DNA of 25,752 bases from a virus (IMGVR_UViG_3300037461_000219:1-25752); one strand, 5' to 3'; counted from the stretch's first letter, positions 1 to 8,769 are shown. The notes: generated from the letters alone by a model not told the origin. Numbers and translations: made by a program.

Positions 1-176
1 AGTCCGACGTCAAACCTCAAAAGCAGATCAGACCCTTCAAGAAAAGCTCGGTCAAGTGTTCCGTCAGGGGCAATAAGAACTTTATCTACAGGCTTTAAAA
101 AGCCCCTCATTGGTGACTGTGCGCTGGTTGCAACACTAATTATTACTAATGTTGCAATAATTAGGAATCTTTTCAT
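1..176 (-). CDS. Secreted protein, partial (runs off the left edge)
   Basis: Manually translated: MKRFLIIATLVIISVATSAQSPMRGFLKPVDK... N-terminal signal peptide with SA|Q cleavage typical of Bacteroidota. ATG overlaps the TGA of 173..547 (ATGA). Confidence 0.7.
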   Translation of the reverse strand, partial: MKRFLIIATLVIISVATSAQSPMRGFLKPVDKVLIAPDGTLDRAFLEGSDLLLRFDVG

Positions 177-547
177 ATTAACCTCCTCTGTTTTGAAACT
201 TCAGGTGTGAACAGTGTACTACCGAGATAAGTCAATGTAACTGATCCGGCAACTTTCAGCAATACAATCCAGTCAATCACACCCCCGGCAACTATCTGGC
301 CGACGTATGTAACCAACCCCGTACCGATTGCAATGATCCCGGCAGAAACAATATTTTTCCAGTTAAGCGCACCCGAAGGGCTGTCACTCTGGAGTGAGGT
401 AAAGGCATTTTTACCCGTGTAAACAAGGGCAGTGCCAATGAGTACTACAGTCATCGTACCCCACTCGACGGGCGACTGACTGAAATATGTCACCACGATT
501 GCCATGAGTGACATAAATAAACCTTTCATGAACTGTTGAACTGTCAT
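173..547 (-). CDS. Four-TM membrane protein, putative holin
   Basis: 124 aa, hydrophobic, with two internally similar halves (VVTY...EW...ALVYTGKNAFT and LVTY...DW...TLTYLGSTLFT) and a basic C-terminus. Lies downstream of the structural genes. Confidence 0.55.
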   Translation of the reverse strand: MTVQQFMKGLFMSLMAIVVTYFSQSPVEWGTMTVVLIGTALVYTGKNAFTSLQSDSPSGALNWKNIVSAGIIAIGTGLVTYVGQIVAGGVIDWIVLLKVAGSVTLTYLGSTLFTPEVSKQRRLI

Positions 548-581
548 AATGATATTTTTTGTTAAACTTTAAAAAGTCAGT

Positions 582-589
582 CAAATATA
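582..589 (-). promoter_or_regulatory. Bacteroidota sigma-A -7 element (TATATTTG)
   Basis: Matches TAnnTTTG, intergenic, ~35 nt upstream of the ATG at 547. Confidence 0.55.
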
Positions 590-591
590 TG

Positions 592-1380
592 TTATAAAAT
601 TATCTTTTGCAATATTGCGTTGATTTTGTCATCTGAAACAAACCTATCAAAATATAACCCTTCATCCCGTCCATCCACTTCGTCACCTGATTTGTCAGCC
701 TGCCATGAGCCATGAGAGGAGTTGTGAATGATAAGCTCCTGCCCCTGTCCGATAACCCTGTCAAGAAGAAAATCCGGCCCCTCAATCGTAGGTATCTGAT
801 CAAAGTCAGCAGACGGCAAATAGAGTTTAATCGCATTAAACCACTCCCGCCATGTCATGCCCGGCTTAAGAAGTTTATAGGCATAGTAAGAAAAAGCACC
901 TACATATTGAGAACCTATTTTACAGTCGGTGGCAGTTTGATGCTCAGATGCTGCGGAGATAGCAATCCATTTCATAAGCTCTGCACGAGCAACCTTGCGC
1001 ACTGGTCCTGAAGGTTCTGTTACCGCAGGACCGATAAACCGGTTTTTAATGTACCGAGGATTTATAAAGTCCCGTGTTGCCGTGCCTGAATAACAGCTAT
1101 CCATTATCATCACTACGGTTGCGCCGGGAGGCAGTAAAGCGATTGACTGTTCAAGGGCTGTGAGATAATTGGCTTCGGTAACATCGTAATCCAGGTATCG
1201 GTGAATAGTCAGGCCCGGAATCGCTTTCCCGAAAGCCCCTATCATGTTATTGCTGTCGTTAACACATCCCCTTAAATCGTTCCCGCCCCCGTAAAGATTA
1301 CGCCCAAAGGTCATAAAACGATGTTCCACGTACCCGGTTATCGGTTGTATCGGATATTTTTTTTTGAAGCACATGGTCAT
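592..1380 (-). CDS. Caspase-family (peptidase C14/metacaspase) protein with rearranged motif order
   Basis: Motifs LRGCVND, IMDSCYSGT (catalytic Cys), SAASEHQTATD, GAFSY, QIPTIEG and HNSSHGSWQADKSGDEVDGRDEG (catalytic His block). Start 1380 preferred over 1443 because of the ATGA overlap with 1377..1556. Confidence 0.85.
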   Translation of the reverse strand: MTMCFKKKYPIQPITGYVEHRFMTFGRNLYGGGNDLRGCVNDSNNMIGAFGKAIPGLTIHRYLDYDVTEANYLTALEQSIALLPPGATVVMIMDSCYSGTATRDFINPRYIKNRFIGPAVTEPSGPVRKVARAELMKWIAISAASEHQTATDCKIGSQYVGAFSYYAYKLLKPGMTWREWFNAIKLYLPSADFDQIPTIEGPDFLLDRVIGQGQELIIHNSSHGSWQADKSGDEVDGRDEGLYFDRFVSDDKINAILQKIIL

Positions 1381-1556
1381 AGTTTTGAGAATAAGACAAT
1401 AATAGCAATGATGCATCCGAAGCACATCAAAGTCAACAGGCACATCCAGAATTCAATCCTGCGGAATCGTTTAACCACCCATTTTATCAGTCCGGTAGCC
1501 ATTTCAGCGTGATCGCAATCAATCTCCTGACGCATCTTCTTTAATTTTTGTTCCAT
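1377..1556 (-). CDS. Small membrane protein (59 aa, C-terminal TM helix)
   Basis: Manually translated: MEQKLKKMRQEIDCDHAEMATGLIKWVVKRFRRIEFWMCLLTLMCFGCIIAIIVLFSKL. Stop overlaps the next ATG. Confidence 0.6.
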   Translation of the reverse strand: MEQKLKKMRQEIDCDHAEMATGLIKWVVKRFRRIEFWMCLLTLMCFGCIIAIIVLFSKL

Positions 1557-1656
1557 GACTAAAAATATCAGACAGTTTGTTACGTTTCATCCATCGCCAT
1601 ATTTTTATCAGCGATACAATGTTGACTTTAAACGTTATCTTAGAGAAATCAATCAT
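1519..1656 (-). CDS. Small hypothetical protein (45 aa)
   Basis: Manually translated: MIDFSKITFKVNIVSLIKIWRWMKRNKLSDIFSHGTKIKEDASGD. ATGA overlap with 1653..2033. Confidence 0.4.
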   Translation of the reverse strand: MIDFSKITFKVNIVSLIKIWRWMKRNKLSDIFSHGTKIKEDASGD

Positions 1657-2033
1657 AACCTTATTTTTACACCTATCTCAAATCCCTTTCCTGTGGCAGT
1701 GTAAATTACCGGAGGCTTTTTAAATATCTTCAAAGCTGCATAACTTAACCCTGCACCGATTACTCCACCTATCGCAGTCGCCCCGACATCTTTAACATCA
1801 AATCGTCCGTAGTCGATTTTATCCCACAGCTCCTTTCCTATTCCCGCAGTCACGGCCGTAGCCACTCCGAATAACGCCGCTTTCTCAGGCTTCCAATTCA
1901 TTGAGTTTCCGGCAAAAGTCCCCCATGTACCTATAACCATACCTGCTCCGGCATGGTACTTTTTGTCAACATCAATCTGGGCCTGCAAACTTACAGTTAT
2001 CAGAAGTGCTATTATTGTGAGTTTCGTTTTCAT
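1653..2033 (-). CDS. Exported/membrane protein, YfiM/DUF2279-like
   Basis: Signal peptide (LQA|Q), DKKYH motif, glycine-rich helices, GIGKELWD and DVGATAIGG motifs. Confidence 0.6.
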   Translation of the reverse strand: MKTKLTIIALLITVSLQAQIDVDKKYHAGAGMVIGTWGTFAGNSMNWKPEKAALFGVATAVTAGIGKELWDKIDYGRFDVKDVGATAIGGVIGAGLSYAALKIFKKPPVIYTATGKGFEIGVKIRL

Positions 2034-2059
2034 TTTCTTGTTGTATGACAGCTGCGGAA

Positions 2060-2176
2060 CTATGTGAGAGGGTATGAGTGCTGCGCTGCAATCCTTTTAA
2101 GGTCATAGAAAAAGAGAGCGTACATCGCTGGTTTACAATGCACGGGCTTTTTTTCGCTGATCTTCTTTTTTGCCAT
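2060..2176 (-). CDS. 38-aa ORF, possibly a gene remnant
   Basis: Manually translated: MAKKKISEKKPVHCKPAMYALFFYDLKRIAAQHSYPLT. Fills the gap between two genes. Confidence 0.3.
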   Translation of the reverse strand: MAKKKISEKKPVHCKPAMYALFFYDLKRIAAQHSYPLT

Positions 2177-2189
2177 CACCTATTCGCTA

Positions 2190-4208
2190 CTACACTAATT
2201 CCCCACCATCAGTTATTGACCAACTATTTGGAGCACCCGTTAATATCGCTCTGGCAGCTTTGCCACCGCCTGCATCCGAATACTTTGCAGTACCGAAATT
2301 GGGGGCAAGACCCGAATTGACTATTTGTGCCGCCCATGCTATAAGAGTAGCATCATAATTTGTTGTACCTGTTGAGTTAATGTTCGTTAGTCCAGCAATC
2401 TGTGTCATAGTCGTAACCGCCCCAATATTAAATCCCGCCAATGATTGCTTAAATGCGGAGCAAGTTCTTATCATATAGGTCATATTCGTAACCTTTGCCG
2501 TGTTGAAATTTAGCGGTTGATTAAATACCACACATTTATTTAGCATATACTGCATATCTGTAACCTCAGCGGTAGTAAAATTGAGCTCTTGGTTAAAGGC
2601 ATTGCACTCGTAAAACATATATGCCATAGTTGTTACCTTCGCCGTATCAAATGGCACCGGCTTATTAAATACAAAACAATTAGCAAACATATATGCCATA
2701 GTTGTTACCTTCGCCGTATCAAAATTGACTGCGCCATTAAATAATGAGCAATTATGAAACATTTCAGACATCGTGGTTACTGCTGAAGTGTCTGGGGTAT
2801 CGGTATAATTACCCGTCAGATTGGCACAGCCATAAAATGCCTTATTCATCTGTCTCCAGACACCAGATCCCCATTGTTCAACGGTAAGTATCTTTAACTT
2901 GTCTGCCGCATTAGCGAAAAATATCTGAGGGAATGTTCCCCATACACACACTTTTTTTACTCCCGTTGTTGCGTACTCATGTGCAATTTGCGTCACCGTT
3001 GTTAACGTACCCCCTATAAATGTCTCGGCTATACCATCTCCCCAATCAATAATGCAATCATAACCCGTTGAATAAGTTGGTATGTTTATTGTTTTGGTTG
3101 CCGACCCCGCATTTTCTGTTTCCCATGTAGTTATAAATGCTTCGGATAGATATTCATTTATTTTTAATGCAAGACCATCGGCAACCTGTACCCGCCCCGA
3201 TGCGTCAAAATGTAATGCATTAGTATGAACACCATCAGTTTTAGGATAGCCCTCATCTCTATCAAGCATAATTGCCTCATAACTACAATCAACTCTTGCG
3301 TTATAAACACCATTGGCAAACGTATCGGCAAGTCCCTTTTGAAGTTTATGGATAGCCTCCAAATACATATCTTGCGAATAAAGGCTCTCATCATAATCGT
3401 GATCCCAACCAGCACCGCTGTTCTCTGTCGTTGTTGGTAATGATACGATAATTTTTAAAGTATTATTATAAGCAATAAAACCATCTATTAGTGTTTTAGC
3501 ATCGTCAAGTATTGTCGTTAATTCCGCATCGGAAAAACCATCACCCGATAATTGGCAATGAGTGAATACATCATTTAGCCCTAATCTTATATCAATGAAG
3601 TTAGGGACTGCAATTGAATTGTCGGTGAAGTATGCGGCAATATCAAGAACCCCATCTTTAAAAAAGGGGCTCGGATATCCAGGCGCATCCGTGTTACGGG
3701 CAAACATTTTATACTGATAACCAGCATACCCTTCGTGTTTTCTTGTTGTTCCTTGAGTACCTAAATGAGTAATGGTACAGCTATCTAAAATAGTTTCAAG
3801 TTCAGTCCCTATTTCCTCACCATAAATTGTGCTATCGCCTATCCTTAATATACTAAAATTAGCAGCATATTTGGGATATACAGTTAAGGCTATTGTTTTA
3901 TCTTCGATAGTATAACTTCCATTTTTAAACACAGCCCTTAATGAATGATCCCCAATGTCTCCCGCATCAGGGGTGATGACAAGATTATTCCCAATCTGAG
4001 TACCAATGTCGCAAGTGTAAGTAACAACAAGCGGATTACCAATAGGTACATTGATAAGAGCATCACCGTATATAGTGACCTCCTGCCCGACCATTAAACT
4101 TACCCCAGCAGCCGGTAAAGCAAAGTAAGCATTTCGTGTCGCCCAGTAAGAACTCCAGTCAACGCCTCCCCCGCGGAACATCGGGCTTATGCCTAATCCA
4201 ATTTTCAT
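2190..4208 (-). CDS. Putative virion appendage protein: SGNH/GDSL hydrolase plus DUF285/BspA-like repeats
   Basis: SGNH blocks IGDS, HEGYAG, LGLND, NALHF. IDWGDG (PKD-like) and VEQWG precede 24-aa repeats such as FDTAKVTTMAYMFxxCxxFN. Confidence 0.8.
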   Translation of the reverse strand: MKIGLGISPMFRGGGVDWSSYWATRNAYFALPAAGVSLMVGQEVTIYGDALINVPIGNPLVVTYTCDIGTQIGNNLVITPDAGDIGDHSLRAVFKNGSYTIEDKTIALTVYPKYAANFSILRIGDSTIYGEEIGTELETILDSCTITHLGTQGTTRKHEGYAGYQYKMFARNTDAPGYPSPFFKDGVLDIAAYFTDNSIAVPNFIDIRLGLNDVFTHCQLSGDGFSDAELTTILDDAKTLIDGFIAYNNTLKIIVSLPTTTENSGAGWDHDYDESLYSQDMYLEAIHKLQKGLADTFANGVYNARVDCSYEAIMLDRDEGYPKTDGVHTNALHFDASGRVQVADGLALKINEYLSEAFITTWETENAGSATKTINIPTYSTGYDCIIDWGDGIAETFIGGTLTTVTQIAHEYATTGVKKVCVWGTFPQIFFANAADKLKILTVEQWGSGVWRQMNKAFYGCANLTGNYTDTPDTSAVTTMSEMFHNCSLFNGAVNFDTAKVTTMAYMFANCFVFNKPVPFDTAKVTTMAYMFYECNAFNQELNFTTAEVTDMQYMLNKCVVFNQPLNFNTAKVTNMTYMIRTCSAFKQSLAGFNIGAVTTMTQIAGLTNINSTGTTNYDATLIAWAAQIVNSGLAPNFGTAKYSDAGGGKAARAILTGAPNSWSITDGGELV
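2613..2723. repeat. Two identical 39-nt direct repeats, 72-nt spacing (coding repeat)
   Basis: aaacatatatgccatagttgttaccttcgccgtatcaaa at 2613-2651 and 2685-2723. Encodes FDTAKVTTMAYMF twice. Confidence 0.9.
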
Positions 4209-4211
4209 AGC

Positions 4212-4361
4212 TTATCCATTATCTGCGGTTATAATTGTACTATCAGCGGTCACTACTGTCGAATCTGCCGTAACTCCCCCCTCCGGCTCCGGCGACGGAA
4301 GCGGTGCGCTTGCCCGTGCTGCAATCTGAAGGGCTGATTTCGTTATCGGTGCGGAGATCAT
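4212..4361 (-). CDS. Small protein with TADST repeats (49 aa), probable structural protein
   Basis: MISAPITK...VTADSTVVTADSTIITADNG. Start 4361 overlaps the TGA of 4358..4948. Confidence 0.55.
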   Translation of the reverse strand: MISAPITKSALQIAARASAPLPSPEPEGGVTADSTVVTADSTIITADNG

Positions 4362-4948
4362 AACGACGTGTAAAATACCCAAAACGAACCCTTGCCCGGG
4401 GTGAACTTGCTCAGCGGACAATCAGGAATAATCATCTTATCGCTGTTGATAGCTGCGGTAACATTAGCTACACTTGTCACAGCCGTACCCGCTAAGTCGC
4501 CTGTTGCATTTGCCCCTGAAGAGGCTCCCGTGAAATCAGTTCCGGCAACTGTTGAAGTGAAGATCAGCACTGCGCCGTCAGAAGTCAGAACCGACCCCGC
4601 AGCGAGATAGGCAGCAGCCGAAGCGGTTACGAAAGCCGCAGCCGTTGCAGTCAAGCCCCCGGCGTTCCATGTACAGGTTTGAGTAACCCCGTCAACAATG
4701 ATTGAACATGTCCCAGAAGTACCCGTTAAAGTAATCCGGTCAACACGTTTTACGCTCATGTACGACCGACCGGTGATGACCTTATCCTGGTACTCGCCTT
4801 TGAGATACTGCGATTCAGTCATGTTAATTATCCGGCTGTCGTCTTCGTTTGAGATAATAGCGTAGATTTTACCCAGTCGAGCAGTAAACTCTGAAGTCCC
4901 TGTAACGAGATCACATCCTATGCCACCTGCAATTTTCTGTAAGTCCAT
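4358..4948 (-). CDS. Putative structural protein carrying a ~100-aa Thr/Ala-rich domain shared with the major capsid protein
   Basis: 196 aa. Residues ~66-165 align by eye with capsid residues ~196-292. Confidence 0.65.
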   Translation of the reverse strand: MDLQKIAGGIGCDLVTGTSEFTARLGKIYAIISNEDDSRIINMTESQYLKGEYQDKVITGRSYMSVKRVDRITLTGTSGTCSIIVDGVTQTCTWNAGGLTATAAAFVTASAAAYLAAGSVLTSDGAVLIFTSTVAGTDFTGASSGANATGDLAGTAVTSVANVTAAINSDKMIIPDCPLSKFTPGKGSFWVFYTSL

Positions 4949-4953
4949 TTTAT

Positions 4954-5460
4954 TTAATCGTTTGGTTCTCTATCGTAAAAATTATAAGCCTCGTTTTTCT
5001 TCATCACTATTCCTCCGTGAAGTCCTACACGTTCACTTGCATTTAATCCCCGTGCATACAGAGGATAAAGCGAATAGTTATCTTCGAGGTATTCATTTAA
5101 AGCCTTGACCTTATCTTCTGCAAAAATCAAAGCCTGATCTCTTATAGCTGCAAATCCTTCATCTGTCAAAGGAGTTGCATTATTGATCTGCAAAGTATTG
5201 GTACCTAAATCGCTTATCTCTGTGCGAAGTTCAGGCAATAGAACATATTTTGCATAATAGTAAAGTACGGGCTTAATATAAGCAAGCAAAGCAGCGTAAC
5301 TCGCAGGAGCAGCCACTACAGCATCGTAAAAATCTGATCCAAGAATAGGTTTCAGATACTTATGCTGCACCATTTCCAGTAGATCAGTTGATACCCTGGA
5401 TTCCGAAATTGTCCGGGTAAAAGCAGCCGTGAGAAATTCCGACTTAGTAACCAGTGCCAT
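4954..5460 (-). CDS. Head-tail adaptor (DUF6712-like)
   Basis: Directly after the portal. Motifs QHKYLKPILGSDFY, YIKPVLYYYA and YLEDN..YPLY are typical of Bacteroidota phage adaptors. Confidence 0.7.
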   Translation of the reverse strand: MALVTKSEFLTAAFTRTISESRVSTDLLEMVQHKYLKPILGSDFYDAVVAAPASYAALLAYIKPVLYYYAKYVLLPELRTEISDLGTNTLQINNATPLTDEGFAAIRDQALIFAEDKVKALNEYLEDNYSLYPLYARGLNASERVGLHGGIVMKKNEAYNFYDREPND

Positions 5461-6667
5461 AACCTTGAGGTATTATAAGTTTCTGCTGCTGTTCATCATT
5501 AGGGTCAAAATCCTGACCTCTCTTTTGTCTCACCTCCCAGATATACATATAACTGTCATCATCGACCGGAGGGGTGTTTATAAACGAAAGCTCAAATTCC
5601 CTGTTCTGCTGTTCACGGTAAACTTTTTGAATAGCCGAAGTAAACGCCCGTTGTTCTCCTCTTATGATAGTTTTTTGTGCAACGTTGTACTCATTCAGTA
5701 TCCTATGTGTATCAAATCCGGTATTATCGGGCAGTGAAGCCAGCGACCGAAACCAGCCGTGAGCTATTAATATGTCAGTTAGTGACTGAGCGTGGAGTTG
5801 TTCCCAGCTCCCTTCGTCCTTCTGTTCAGTCTTAATAAACTGTGTCGTATCGGCCTTTTCACCTTCCTGCGCCCGTGATTTTGTCAGGACCATCAGTTTA
5901 GCCTGATTGCCTTCACCGGTGTGTTCTTTCTCAATGTAATCAATTACCTCTTTGCCTTCGGTTGCATCCTTAACAGGGACAATCAAAAAACCGCTGGTAT
6001 GGAAAGCATTTTTCAGTCGTGCGAGGTTCCACTTGTTAGTCTTGAGGTCTATTAGTACGCTATCTTTGCCACATATCCAACCCGGCACACCGTAGTAGTA
6101 AAACTCAGGTTCGTAATCCTTGATATGCAAAAGACTACGCATGACCTTCACACCGTATTCATTTACTGCCGCAGTGAAGTTAGGATAAAGTGACATTTTG
6201 ATCATATCAGGATCAGCACTGCCTTTATAAGCTGACCAATCGGGGTGAATAAATGCCTCACCCTCTTCACGTGATAATCTTACTTTCGTATAATCGATAT
6301 GATTAAACCAAAGAAAAGATTTTGGCCCGTCAGTAATGATCTCAAGGTACCCGTTCCCTCCCATTGCCCGGTCAAGAAAGAACTTAGCGGCAACATCATC
6401 CAGTCGTTCACCCTCGAAGTTGATGCTCTTTATTTCTTCTTCAATCTTTTTGTCATCAGTTGTCAGTCCGTCACCAAGAAAATAATGACATTTACTGTTA
6501 ATCACTCCCCGGTGAACAGGCGAAGAACGAGAAAATAGAGCCGTAGCCTGAGGAAAAAGATTGTCACTGCCAAAAGGAACAAACGGCGCAAGTTTAATAT
6601 CATAGTTAATCTTTACGGGTTTGATCTCGTAATCAGGAACGTAATTTATGATTGTGCCTCTTTTCAT
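5444..6667 (-). CDS. Portal protein
   Basis: 407 aa. PFGSDNLFP, SPVHRGVINSK, GGNGYLEII, YYYGVPGW, NAFHTSG, TGEGNQAK and ILIAHG resemble Bacteroidota phage portals. Confidence 0.85.
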   Translation of the reverse strand: MKRGTIINYVPDYEIKPVKINYDIKLAPFVPFGSDNLFPQATALFSRSSPVHRGVINSKCHYFLGDGLTTDDKKIEEEIKSINFEGERLDDVAAKFFLDRAMGGNGYLEIITDGPKSFLWFNHIDYTKVRLSREEGEAFIHPDWSAYKGSADPDMIKMSLYPNFTAAVNEYGVKVMRSLLHIKDYEPEFYYYGVPGWICGKDSVLIDLKTNKWNLARLKNAFHTSGFLIVPVKDATEGKEVIDYIEKEHTGEGNQAKLMVLTKSRAQEGEKADTTQFIKTEQKDEGSWEQLHAQSLTDILIAHGWFRSLASLPDNTGFDTHRILNEYNVAQKTIIRGEQRAFTSAIQKVYREQQNREFELSFINTPPVDDDSYMYIWEVRQKRGQDFDPNDEQQQKLIIPQGYGTGY

Positions 6668-6692
6668 AAAAAAAGGCCGGGCAGTCCCGGCC
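6668..6692 (-). terminator. Intrinsic terminator immediately before the portal ATG
   Basis: Minus strand GGCCGGG-ACTG-CCCGGCC followed by T7, then ATG. Confidence 0.8.
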
Positions 6693-6699
6693 CCTTTCT

Positions 6700-6849
6700 T
6701 TACTCTTTTGAACCTTTGTCGAAGTACTCAGGGTAAATTTCCCTGATCTTTTTCAGTTGCTCTTTCGTGGCCTCCGATAATTTTACAGTTATCGACCTCC
6801 GCCCCTGAGTGTATGTAACTACACTGTCGAGGAACTCCTTCTTTATCAT
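6700..6849 (-). CDS. Small hypothetical protein (49 aa)
   Basis: Manually translated: MIKKEFLDSVVTYTQGRRSITVKLSEATKEQLKKIREIYPEYFDKGSKE. ATGA overlap upstream, terminator right after the stop. Confidence 0.7.
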   Translation of the reverse strand: MIKKEFLDSVVTYTQGRRSITVKLSEATKEQLKKIREIYPEYFDKGSKE

Positions 6850-7403
6850 GCGTTCCAGTCGATTATCGTTGAAGTACCGGCGTTAATAGCCCCGTTCAGA
6901 GTGGTGTCAAACGGAATTGAAATTCCACTCCCTTCGCATCCAAGAGTAGGAGTAATAAGCTGTCCCGCTTCATCTGAAGGTGATGTTCCGGTCGATCTCG
7001 GAGCTGCCGTCAGACGAAGCGGACGGTTTTTGCCATCAACTGTATTGTAGCCTACCAGCCAGTTCTGACCGTTGCCATCGGTGACAATAGCCAGAAACCC
7101 GCAAGGAGAGCCATCCATGAGAGACTGAATGAGTGTTGCGGAGGTCTTTGTAGGTTTTGCAATCTTAAACTCAAGTGCCTGAGTTACTTTAACATTGCTT
7201 TTGCCTACAGCCTCAACGTTCTCATCCCATTTGATTGAATCCTGCTCAACATCTATCTCCTTAAAGGGAGTAGTGCCGGTTATGGCACTGATCTCCCCTG
7301 AAGTGACGGTTATGGCAGTGGCGTTAGCTACTTCGGCAATAAATACCGCAGAGGCTCCGCTTGTGTTCTTGGCGCACGTATGCGCATATTTTACTAAGGC
7401 CAT
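6846..7403 (-). CDS. Putative major tail (tube) protein
   Basis: 185 aa, beta-rich, follows the capsid gene. CAKNTSG and AIVTDGNGQNWLVG motifs are typical of this protein class in Bacteroidota phages. Confidence 0.6.
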   Translation of the reverse strand: MALVKYAHTCAKNTSGASAVFIAEVANATAITVTSGEISAITGTTPFKEIDVEQDSIKWDENVEAVGKSNVKVTQALEFKIAKPTKTSATLIQSLMDGSPCGFLAIVTDGNGQNWLVGYNTVDGKNRPLRLTAAPRSTGTSPSDEAGQLITPTLGCEGSGISIPFDTTLNGAINAGTSTIIDWNA

Positions 7404-7415
7404 ATCCGTTAGTTA

Positions 7416-8765
7416 TTAATATGCTACACAAAGCAGTTTGTTGTGTGCGTACTGAACGCCCATGATCAGTTTCGCTCTCCAGCGGTTCATCTCCAGGTCC
7501 TTGTTGAACCAGAAGTCGTAAGAGTTGAACTCATTGGCTCCGTCGATACCCAGGATCAGGTTGTCATAAGCAGAGTAGATCACACGGTGAGGATAAGCCC
7601 AGAGTTCGGTCGAGACGTGAGCGAAATCAGCGTCAAGATGATAGTCCCATCCGATATTGATAACCGGGATACCCCTGAAGGTAAGAATCTCCTGGGTACC
7701 GTTCACGATGTTCTGATAGCCTGCTGTAGTCCAGCCCGTGCTTTCAAGATAAGCGATCAGGTTTTCATAAACGAGGTCACCAACATAGAATGCTTTCATG
7801 TTCTTCGGAATCTGCTTCAGTTCCTTCGGTGCGCCTGTCCACAGTGAAGTAAGAATTGTATGAGCTTCACCGGCTGAAAGGGCAGAAGGAGCAGTGTTTG
7901 CAGTCGTAGCAGCGACGGTAGCCATCCAGGTACCTGAGACACTGGTTACGGTTATTGTCTGCATCGGACGACCAACAACGGTAGCGGTAACAATCAGTGT
8001 AGACGTTCCCGAAAGAGCATAACCACGAGCAGCAAGAGCAGTGCTGTACGCTGTCCTGAAGTTATCAAAAGTGGTTGTAGCATTGGTGTCACGGGTTGCA
8101 AGATAATTAACACCGTCAATGTTGATGTTCGCGGTACCGGCTGCGTCAACTGACTGAGTAAGGGTCTGCACCTGGGCCACTGCACCATCGGTCACTGCAA
8201 TTCTTTTAATCTGAGTTGCAGAAGGAGAAGTTGCGGCATTGTTCATGATAAGTTTCCAGAATCCATCATACATATTGTATGCGGTATCAGCAACGCCGTT
8301 CTGAACACTTGATGTAACACCTTCTTTCACGGTGTCTGCAAGCCAAGCCTGACGGTACACATCAGAAGCCAAGCCCATCATGAACATCTCAGTAAGAACT
8401 TTCTGAAGCATTGCTGCTTTGTCGCTCACCGAAAGATCATTCCAGTTGCCTTTTGCAAGAAGCTGACCGAAAACGGTGTTATAAAACACAGTTGCATCGG
8501 TTTCCTGTTCGGCCTTGAGTTTGTAAACCTCAAGTGTACGCTGCGTGTAAGTAGCTCCGGTAGAGCCTGAGAATCCCACTGCTGCGGCTTTGAGCATCTT
8601 CGCAACGGGGTTGAAGTAGTTCAGGAGCTGTTTGTCCTGTACGTTCGGCATGACACGGATACCCTCAGTTTCAAGGGGCGATTTGCCGACAAACATGGGC
8701 TTGATAAGGTAATCAAACGTTTCCTTGCCTGCCCAGCTAACGGAAGTTGTAATAAAGTTTGCCAT
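7416..8765 (-). CDS. Major capsid protein with inserted domain
   Basis: 449 aa, directly after the ClpP protease/scaffold. YDGFWKLI, FRGIPVI, NLILGID and RAKLIMGVQY motifs. Confidence 0.85.
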   Translation of the reverse strand: MANFITTSVSWAGKETFDYLIKPMFVGKSPLETEGIRVMPNVQDKQLLNYFNPVAKMLKAAAVGFSGSTGATYTQRTLEVYKLKAEQETDATVFYNTVFGQLLAKGNWNDLSVSDKAAMLQKVLTEMFMMGLASDVYRQAWLADTVKEGVTSSVQNGVADTAYNMYDGFWKLIMNNAATSPSATQIKRIAVTDGAVAQVQTLTQSVDAAGTANINIDGVNYLATRDTNATTTFDNFRTAYSTALAARGYALSGTSTLIVTATVVGRPMQTITVTSVSGTWMATVAATTANTAPSALSAGEAHTILTSLWTGAPKELKQIPKNMKAFYVGDLVYENLIAYLESTGWTTAGYQNIVNGTQEILTFRGIPVINIGWDYHLDADFAHVSTELWAYPHRVIYSAYDNLILGIDGANEFNSYDFWFNKDLEMNRWRAKLIMGVQYAHNKLLCVAY

Positions 8766-8769
8766 TTAT

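Noticed and set aside
2613-2723. DGR template/variable repeat pair
   Set aside because: The copies are identical, in frame in one gene, with no adenine-specific differences and no reverse transcriptase in the window.
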